Shown here: in pieces, positions 1 through 7,452 of the stretch | Numbering within the stretch: the stretch's first letter is position 1 | Layout: each line of letters starts with the position of its first letter | Origin: a bacterium | GTDB lineage: Bacteria; UBP6; JAFGXH01 | Direction of reading: 5' to 3' | NCBI GenBank assembly: GCA_016936735.1 | Contig: JAFGXH010000267.1 | Coordinates: forward strand, 1 to 45,929 | Length of the DNA: 45,929 bases | The notes under the pieces: generated by a model | Databases searched by the model: none | The model's input: the letters and a program-made list of their open reading frames with translations, nothing else | What the model was told of the DNA's origin: nothing | Made by a program: the position numbers and the translations under genes

Positions 1-244
1 AATAGAGGGGGAAACCATGTTTTTCATGACATTAGACCATATTTTTGAACAAGAGAATAAAAAGGGAAAAGAAGAGGGAAAGATTGAAGGTAAAATTGAA
101 GGAAAGATTGAGGGTGAAAAACAAAAAGCAATTAAAATAGCAAAAAAAATGTTAAAAAAAGGCTCCTCTATTGAAGATGTTTCAGAAATAACAGAGCTTT
201 CAATTGAGGAGATTGAAAAACTAAAAAAAGAGATGGAGAGTTAA
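1..244 (+). CDS. Rpn family (YhgA-like, PD-(D/E)XK) recombination-promoting nuclease/putative transposase, 3' part; 17..244 corresponds to the internally initiated small C-terminal product
   Basis: Frame open to the window edge (IEGET-M); EGKI repeats and the IAKKMLKKG...ITELSIEEIEKL HTH-like tail typical of Rpn C-termini; GAGGGG just upstream of ATG 17. Confidence 0.85.
   Translation, partial: IEGETMFFMTLDHIFEQENKKGKEEGKIEGKIEGKIEGEKQKAIKIAKKMLKKGSSIEDVSEITELSIEEIEKLKKEMES
195..244 (+). repeat. 50-bp direct repeat, copy 1 (3' end of rpn gene)
   Basis: AGCTTTCAATTGAGGAGATTGAAAAACTAAAAAAAGAGATGGAGAGTTAA is identical to 11466..11515. Confidence 0.95.
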
Positions 245-303
245 AACTATTTAGTTTTTAAAAATATCAATAGAATCATATCTCAAAATATTCACCAGAT
301 TTA

Positions 304-332
304 TTGACAAAAAAATAGGTTTTATGTATAAC
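304..332 (+). promoter_or_regulatory. Sigma70-type promoter for the Cys-rich lipoprotein operon
   Basis: TTGACA-17 nt-TATAAC; AGGAG RBS before ATG 396. Confidence 0.6.
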
Positions 333-395
333 ATTTTTAGAGTTACATATACATGTTAATTCTATTAGAATTTAATTATATTAATAGGAGAAATT

Positions 396-2225
396 ATGAA
401 CTATTTTTTATTTGCTATTTTTATTTTTCTGTTTTCATGTTCAAATAGCTCAATAACATCTGAAGATAGTTGTAAAAATGTTAATTGTGAAGATTATCAA
501 AGTTGTGAAGAGGGTGTTTGTGTTGTAAAAGATGGATTTTGCTCTAAAAATTCAGATTGTCTTGGAAATAAATATTGTGATCCAACATCTCATACATGCA
601 AAACTGCTGGTAGTTGTGATGGCATTGTTTGTGAAGAGTTTGAGATATGCCAAGATGGAGATTGTGTTGTAAAAGAGGGATATTGTTCTAAAAATTCCGA
701 TTGTTTATTAGAAAATGGTTATTGTAACTCTATAACACATATTTGTGAAACAGATATCATATCATCTTGCGAGGGAATTAGTTGTATTAATGGTGAGTGT
801 GTTGTTATTGAAAATGTTGCAAAATGTGTTTGCAATAGTGGATATTTTAATAAAACATCTTTTCAGTGTGTTGAGGATACCTGTTTAAATAGAAATGAGA
901 TAGGTATAGATGAAAGTAGTGCAACAGTTCTCAATAGAAATAGAGAGGAGATTAAATGTTATGGAAAAAATGATATATATGTTGCAAATAAAAAAAATAT
1001 GATAATATCAATTAGTGAAAGTTTTACACTTACAGTTTATAAAAACTCTATCTCTCCAGAAAATGCACAATATATTAATCAAGAGAGTGTTTTTATTGAG
1101 AATAAAACAGAGGAGAACTATTTTATTGTTGTTAATAGAGATAACTATTATCGAGATGATGAATATACCATTTATTATAGAGAGGGATGTTCTGAAGATA
1201 GTAATTGTCCTGAAACATATCCATCATGTGTTGATTCAATTTGTGTTTTACCTTGTGAAAACAGTGAATGCCCCGATTTTTATGAGTGTGTAAATGGAAA
1301 ATGTGAAGAGATAATTTGTGAATCTCACAATGATTGTCCAGATAGTTTATGTATGTCTAATCATAGATGTGGATATACAAAATTCTGTAGTGAATATTAT
1401 GGTGGCTCATCTAATTGCTTTGATTTAGAGTCATTTGATGGGGATAAATTTTTATGTGATCCTATCTCTTATGGATCTCCAATGTGTATTCCATATAAAA
1501 GAGTAACAGATGCTACTTTTTCTATAACAGAGGAGTTTTTTGCTAATCCAAGATTTGCATTTTGGTATAGAATTAGAACAACAGAACCTAAAAATCATAA
1601 AATAGTGGTAACAGCAGACTATAATGGAAACCAATTAAGAGATAAACAGTTGATATATCAAGAGTATTGGTTAAGTGATGGTAATCTATATGTTGAACAG
1701 AGAGATGCTAATTCAATAGATTTTCAAGCAAAATATATGCCTACTGGAGAGTATTATATCTATCTTTTACCATACTCTATTTGCACAGGTAGTAGTTGTG
1801 AAAACATGAATGTTACACTATCTTTTGATGCAACAGAAAACTCCACATGTTCAAATGATGATGTTTGTAAAGATGAGATTGTTGAACGTTCTCAATGCTA
1901 CTCAAATGGATGTGTTTTTAGTTTTGCAAATAATGTATCTGTTGGTGATAGATGTGATCTTCATGAAAACTGTACAAACTTTGATCTTAATTATGTTGAT
2001 GGAGTATGTTTTGTTAAACCAACTGGAGGAGTCTGTTCAATTGAGTGTGGAACACATGAGGGATGTGAATTTGAAAATATGAATGGATATGACTACTGTG
2101 TTGATATTGGTGGGCAGGGATACTGTATGAATGAGTGTTTTTCTGATAGTGATTGTATTATTGGAACATTTGTTGGTGTTTGTGAGTTGGATGAGAGTTT
2201 AAATGTTAATCTTTGTAGATTTTAG
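396..2225 (+). CDS. Cys-rich modular lipoprotein (EGF/EB-like Cys repeats alternating with two Cys-poor beta-sandwich, PPC-like domains)
   Basis: Lipobox LFSC; CxxxxC/CxxxxDC repeats; CVCNSGY EGF motif; paralog of 5515..7452. Confidence 0.8.
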   Translation: MNYFLFAIFIFLFSCSNSSITSEDSCKNVNCEDYQSCEEGVCVVKDGFCSKNSDCLGNKYCDPTSHTCKTAGSCDGIVCEEFEICQDGDCVVKEGYCSKNSDCLLENGYCNSITHICETDIISSCEGISCINGECVVIENVAKCVCNSGYFNKTSFQCVEDTCLNRNEIGIDESSATVLNRNREEIKCYGKNDIYVANKKNMIISISESFTLTVYKNSISPENAQYINQESVFIENKTEENYFIVVNRDNYYRDDEYTIYYREGCSEDSNCPETYPSCVDSICVLPCENSECPDFYECVNGKCEEIICESHNDCPDSLCMSNHRCGYTKFCSEYYGGSSNCFDLESFDGDKFLCDPISYGSPMCIPYKRVTDATFSITEEFFANPRFAFWYRIRTTEPKNHKIVVTADYNGNQLRDKQLIYQEYWLSDGNLYVEQRDANSIDFQAKYMPTGEYYIYLLPYSICTGSSCENMNVTLSFDATENSTCSNDDVCKDEIVERSQCYSNGCVFSFANNVSVGDRCDLHENCTNFDLNYVDGVCFVKPTGGVCSIECGTHEGCEFENMNGYDYCVDIGGQGYCMNECFSDSDCIIGTFVGVCELDESLNVNLCRF

Positions 2226-2233
2226 AGGTTGAG

Positions 2234-4870
2234 ATGAAATATATAGTTATATTAAGTTTAATTTTATTACTATTCTCCTGTGGTGATGAGACTATTCACT
2301 CAAATTATACAGAAAACAATGATATTAATAGAGAGATGATCTCCAAAAATGGAAATCAAAGTGAGTATACTTCCGATTATCCAGAGATTGTTAATGTTGA
2401 TAGTTTTGATGAGATTCCTATTGATAAAAAAGAGGAGATTCCCAAAATTAAATCAATGTCTGATGATTTTTATGCAGGAAATGAGATAGAGAGATTAAAT
2501 ATTTGTAAAGACTCCAGTTATGATGGTTTTTTATTTGACTATATGGGATTTTTAATCAATGGCTATGTTGGAAAATCATTTTTACATTTTGAAATAAATG
2601 AACCATTAAAAGCTATAGATATTGAGGAAATGGATTCACTTTTACCATTCACTCCTCAAATGACAGAGTATTATGATAAAAAAACAAGAGAGAATTTTCT
2701 TTGGGATTTTAGTAGTTATGTTTCAATTGGAGATAATGTGAATCCATTCTCAACCGGTTTTAACTATATGGAGGAGTTTAAATCATTTAATAGTACTATG
2801 GATAAAGTTGATGTAAAACTTTATAAAACATCAGATGAATTAGTTCAATGTCTCTCTCCTAAATGGTCAGATTTTGAAACATATTCTGATGGTGATTTTG
2901 GTTTTGGAATTTTAAATAATCCTTATCCAACAGAGGTTGCACCAAAATTTGTAACATCATACTCATTTAATTTTAATTTTGAAAGTGGTGGATTTTGTAC
3001 ACTTACCAATTACTCTCCATCTTTTGATAGTTGTTCTGATAGTCATAATTGTTATAGCAATGATACTTGGGGACATAACTCTTGTACAGGATGTTTTTTA
3101 AATTTTTGTTATTGGGATATGGAGTATGAGATATATCCTAGAGAGATTACATCAAATATTGATGGGCAAGATTTTACTGGTAGTTGTTACTACTATGATA
3201 ATAATAAAAATGAGTTTGTACATTATAATAATGATTTTTGCAATCAAAAAAGATTTAATCTAATTGTTAAAGATAATAATGTTTTGACAGCAAATAATCC
3301 AAATTCTAAAAATATACATTTTCCAATGAAAACTTTTTATTTAAAAAATAAACCTGATGAATTAGAATTTACTAGTACAAATTCAATCTCTTTAATATAT
3401 TTACCAGGAGGAATTGATTTTACAATAAATCCAAATTTGACAGATATAGTCCAATCTTCAAAGGTGGAGGAGCTTTTTCACCAAATTGTAAAACAGGATT
3501 TTGAAATATTGGTTGATTATTGTAATGAAGAGGGACACAATAAATGTCCTGATAAAACAGAGCTTAACTCTTTTTATTTACTTGACAATGATTGTTATAA
3601 AACTATCAAAGATTTTAGTGAAGAGGAGTTGGTATCATTTTTTCAATATTTTTCAGATAATCCAACAATTAATCCATTAAATAGTATATTTACAACTATT
3701 GAGAGTTATAAAAAATGTGTTTATCAAGTTTGGAATATTTATAATAAAGGATCTTTAAAATTTGTTGATTCTGAATACTCTTGGAATTATGGTTTAATGA
3801 GAGATAACTATAATAAAACATTAAATACAAATTGCAAAAGCTATAAAAACTGCTCTTTTGGTCAATATTGTATGTCAAATGGTGTTCATCCTGTTGGAGA
3901 TATTCCTTGTGCAAAAGATGAAGAGAATTGCACTTGTGCAACAAAAAAATGTGAAGATATAAATGATTGTTTGTGTAGAGAGGATGGTATTTGCATTGCA
4001 GATAAAGAGGGATTTGGTTTAGAATGTAAACTTGAGACTACACATTACTCAGGAAGTTGTCAATTAGAAACTGAAATTGTTATAAATGAAAGAGTTGATA
4101 ATATAGATATAAATTACTCTCAAACTATTAATAGTGATGAGATTGATTATTATATTGATATAACTCCTGAAAAATTAGGTTCTGAAATATTCTATTTTGG
4201 TGGAGGTTTTAGCAGTGTTAAAAAATTAATCGCTTTTAACTATTATCGAAACCTTCGATATTCAGAATCTACTAACGAATTTATTGATAGTTGTCATAGT
4301 AATTCAGAATGTTTACCATTAAATAGTGATAAAATTAAATACTATTGTGAATATAGAAAATGTAGTACACTATTAGAAACATCATCTTTTGAAGTTAAAA
4401 CAGTAAGAGCAAATCCACTTAAAATATGGTTAAAATGGGGATTTTCTTTAGTTCCTGGTAATACAAGTAGTGAAGATTGGGGAGAGTCCCCATCAGAGGT
4501 GAATATTAATATAAATACAGTTTTATATCTTCTTCCAAGACAAAATAATAAAAAACTGTTTATTGATTTTGTTCCTCTTAACTCCAATAATTTCCATTTC
4601 TCTATTGATGCAAATGGAGAGTTAGATTATTTTAGTGAAGATGATATTTATTCAAATATCAATGATAAAATAGAGGATAAAATTGTTAAATTAATTATTG
4701 AAAATCCAGTTATTCCTATTGATACTGATTTTAGTATATTTAATGAATTGGGGGATATTTTTGAAAAAGTAAGAGGGGATATTAGAGATAAAATTAATGA
4801 ACTGCTTCCTGAAAATAGATTACCAAAATTTGATAATGTTGATTCAATTTTAGAAAGTTTAGATTTGTAA
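2234..4870 (+). CDS. Large lipoprotein of unknown function with Cys-rich segments
   Basis: Lipobox LFSC; 878-aa ORF; GAGG RBS; 8 nt after the previous gene. Confidence 0.75.
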   Translation: MKYIVILSLILLLFSCGDETIHSNYTENNDINREMISKNGNQSEYTSDYPEIVNVDSFDEIPIDKKEEIPKIKSMSDDFYAGNEIERLNICKDSSYDGFLFDYMGFLINGYVGKSFLHFEINEPLKAIDIEEMDSLLPFTPQMTEYYDKKTRENFLWDFSSYVSIGDNVNPFSTGFNYMEEFKSFNSTMDKVDVKLYKTSDELVQCLSPKWSDFETYSDGDFGFGILNNPYPTEVAPKFVTSYSFNFNFESGGFCTLTNYSPSFDSCSDSHNCYSNDTWGHNSCTGCFLNFCYWDMEYEIYPREITSNIDGQDFTGSCYYYDNNKNEFVHYNNDFCNQKRFNLIVKDNNVLTANNPNSKNIHFPMKTFYLKNKPDELEFTSTNSISLIYLPGGIDFTINPNLTDIVQSSKVEELFHQIVKQDFEILVDYCNEEGHNKCPDKTELNSFYLLDNDCYKTIKDFSEEELVSFFQYFSDNPTINPLNSIFTTIESYKKCVYQVWNIYNKGSLKFVDSEYSWNYGLMRDNYNKTLNTNCKSYKNCSFGQYCMSNGVHPVGDIPCAKDEENCTCATKKCEDINDCLCREDGICIADKEGFGLECKLETTHYSGSCQLETEIVINERVDNIDINYSQTINSDEIDYYIDITPEKLGSEIFYFGGGFSSVKKLIAFNYYRNLRYSESTNEFIDSCHSNSECLPLNSDKIKYYCEYRKCSTLLETSSFEVKTVRANPLKIWLKWGFSLVPGNTSSEDWGESPSEVNININTVLYLLPRQNNKKLFIDFVPLNSNNFHFSIDANGELDYFSEDDIYSNINDKIEDKIVKLIIENPVIPIDTDFSIFNELGDIFEKVRGDIRDKINELLPENRLPKFDNVDSILESLDL

Positions 4871-4884
4871 TTAAAGGAGAATCA

Positions 4885-5499
4885 ATGAGATATATTTTTG
4901 TAATAATAACACTATTAGGATTATCATCCTGTATTTCAACAAATAGCTCCTCAATGTATCCAATTGAAAAAGGGAAATCTGAACATGGTTTAACAATGTT
5001 AGGATTATCTAATTTTGTCTCATATACATTTAGAGAGGGAATAACAGATGATTTAGAGATTGATGGTCATATTGGATTGATTTCAATAGGAGCAAATCTA
5101 AAATATCATCTTTATAAAGATAACAACAATATTCTAAGTTTTAATATTGGACTACTAGATCTATTTATATTTGAAACAGCTTTAAGTTATACGATATTGA
5201 AATCAAAATATTTTGGAGTTAGATTTAGTGGTAAATATCAATATTTTTATAATACCTTATCAAATCGCTATGAAGATTCTGATGGTAAATATTATGATAT
5301 AACCGATTTTCAACGTGCTGGTGGAACTATAACTATTGGTGGGACAAGATTGTGGATAGAGGTTGGATATCTTTTTGTAATAGATAAAAATATAAAAAGA
5401 TATGATGATGATGGAATGGTTTTAAACTTGAATCCTTTTGACTATAATATAACAGAAAAAGAGAATCAGATTATTCTTAAAATTGGCATAGCTTTTTAA
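4885..5499 (+). CDS. Putative lipidated small outer-membrane beta-barrel protein
   Basis: LSSC lipobox; alternating hydrophobic strands; C-terminal ...LKIGIAF (terminal Phe, BAM-type signal); AAGGAG RBS. Confidence 0.65.
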   Translation: MRYIFVIITLLGLSSCISTNSSSMYPIEKGKSEHGLTMLGLSNFVSYTFREGITDDLEIDGHIGLISIGANLKYHLYKDNNNILSFNIGLLDLFIFETALSYTILKSKYFGVRFSGKYQYFYNTLSNRYEDSDGKYYDITDFQRAGGTITIGGTRLWIEVGYLFVIDKNIKRYDDDGMVLNLNPFDYNITEKENQIILKIGIAF

Positions 5500-5514
5500 A
5501 TTAGAGGAGGATAT

Positions 5515-7452
5515 ATGAGATATCTACTATTTATTATTACTATTATGGTAACACTATTTATTGGTTGTGGAAAAGATGAGAAAGAACCAACAACAGATTT
5601 ATGTAAAAACAAAGTTTGTGAAGAGTGGGCAGAGTGTAATTCAACAAATGGAGTTTGTGAAGCAAAAGCAGGATTTTGTTCTGAAAATGGGGATTGTGTA
5701 GGATTAAATGTATATTGTGATGAAGCAACACACACCTGTATAGAGGAAAATTTATGTAAAGATGTTGTTTGTGCAGATTGGGAGGAGTGCAATTCAACAA
5801 ATGGTGTTTGTGAACTAAAAGAGGGAAATTGTGAAGAGAATGGAGATTGTGTTGGATTAAATCAATATTGCAATTTAACAACACATATTTGTGAAGAGAA
5901 ACTGTCTGTTTGTGATGGAATTAGTTGTGGTGGAACAGATGCAGGAAGTTGTGGTGTTGTTAATGAGAATCCAGTTTGTGTTTGCAATAGTGGATATTTT
6001 AAAAAATCTGAATTTGAATGTGTTGAGGATAATTGTGCAAATAGATCTCCAATAGGACACACAAAAGAGAGTGCAACATCATTTGAAAGCTCTGTTTTTA
6101 CTGTTTACGAGGATACAACCGCATTTGTAACAGAACAAGATTCATGTCAGGGGGTAGAGGATATCTATTTAATAACAGATGAGAGTGTTGTTATTGTATT
6201 TAGAACAAGTGATAAATATGTAAAGAGATTTGAAGTTGAGCTTTATAAAGATGAGATAGATTTAGAGCATAAAGTTTTTTATAAAAACTATGTAGATCAT
6301 ATGAATGATGTAAAAACATTAATAAAGAATCCAGAGAGAGCAAACTACTATCTTGTGATTAGAAATATATCATCAAGAGTTAGTGAAGATTACCATCTAT
6401 TTTATGATGAATTCTGTGTAATTTGTGATGGTGAATTAGATTGTATTGAAAATATCTGTTATGACAAATGTGAAAGTGATAGTGAGTGTGGACTTGGCTT
6501 TAAGTGTGATGAAACAACAAATGAGTGTTCTGCTATCACTTGCACAATGGATCAGGAGTGTTCTATTGATGATTGGTATGATTTTAATTACTGTATAAAT
6601 GGAAAATGTGTTGAAAGAGTTGATTGTCATGCAGATAGTGATTGTTCTGAACTAAATTATGATGATGTATATTTTTTCTGTTATCATAATAAATGTAAAC
6701 CATCAGATATTGTTAATTTTGGAGAATCTATTACAAAAGAAATCTATTTAAAAAAATTAAGCCACCATTTCAAAATAGACTCAATGGGAGATATATATAA
6801 TTTTGAAGTAAAAGTTAAAGGGCTTGAGATATTAGAAAAAACCTCTATAGAAATTATTTTTTATCAATACGATAATGTTTATAATTATAGTTGTTTTGGA
6901 GGTAAAAGAGATAATAGTATTGCGGAATTTAGTTGTAAAATACCTCCATATCAAGCAGGAGAACCTATTTTTGTCTCATTATTATTAGATTATGAAAACT
7001 GTTTAAACAATTGTGATAATGTTGAGGTTACTATTGAGTTTGGAGAAAATAATCCTATTGGATGTTCAAATGATGATGTCTGTATTTTGGAGTCAGAAAA
7101 AGAAAATACATATTATACAAGAAGTATTTGTGATATAGAGAGAGCTGTTTGTGTTGAAAATCAACAAGAGAATATCTCAGAATTAGGTGAAAGTTGTGAT
7201 AATGATGCAAATTGTATAGAATTTGATACCATTTGTATTAGTGTTTGTATGCAAGAAGAGTGTATTTCTGATGAGGAATGTTTACCTTTACCAGATGGTA
7301 GTGAAACATATTGTGATAATGAGAATCAGTTCTATATTCCTCTTTGCAGAAAATTTTGTCAAACAGATAATGATTGTATTTTCTTCCCAAATTTATATAA
7401 CAGTCATTGTGATGAAATAACAAATCGTTGTGTTTATGAGGAGTTAAGATGA
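5515..7452 (+). CDS. Cys-rich modular lipoprotein, paralog of 396..2225
   Basis: FIGC lipobox; two tandem ~51-aa repeats (LCKxxVCxxWxECNSTNGVCExKxGxCxENGDCVGLNxYC); shares CVCNSGYF and CSNDDVC with 396..2225. Confidence 0.8.
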   Translation: MRYLLFIITIMVTLFIGCGKDEKEPTTDLCKNKVCEEWAECNSTNGVCEAKAGFCSENGDCVGLNVYCDEATHTCIEENLCKDVVCADWEECNSTNGVCELKEGNCEENGDCVGLNQYCNLTTHICEEKLSVCDGISCGGTDAGSCGVVNENPVCVCNSGYFKKSEFECVEDNCANRSPIGHTKESATSFESSVFTVYEDTTAFVTEQDSCQGVEDIYLITDESVVIVFRTSDKYVKRFEVELYKDEIDLEHKVFYKNYVDHMNDVKTLIKNPERANYYLVIRNISSRVSEDYHLFYDEFCVICDGELDCIENICYDKCESDSECGLGFKCDETTNECSAITCTMDQECSIDDWYDFNYCINGKCVERVDCHADSDCSELNYDDVYFFCYHNKCKPSDIVNFGESITKEIYLKKLSHHFKIDSMGDIYNFEVKVKGLEILEKTSIEIIFYQYDNVYNYSCFGGKRDNSIAEFSCKIPPYQAGEPIFVSLLLDYENCLNNCDNVEVTIEFGENNPIGCSNDDVCILESEKENTYYTRSICDIERAVCVENQQENISELGESCDNDANCIEFDTICISVCMQEECISDEECLPLPDGSETYCDNENQFYIPLCRKFCQTDNDCIFFPNLYNSHCDEITNRCVYEELR

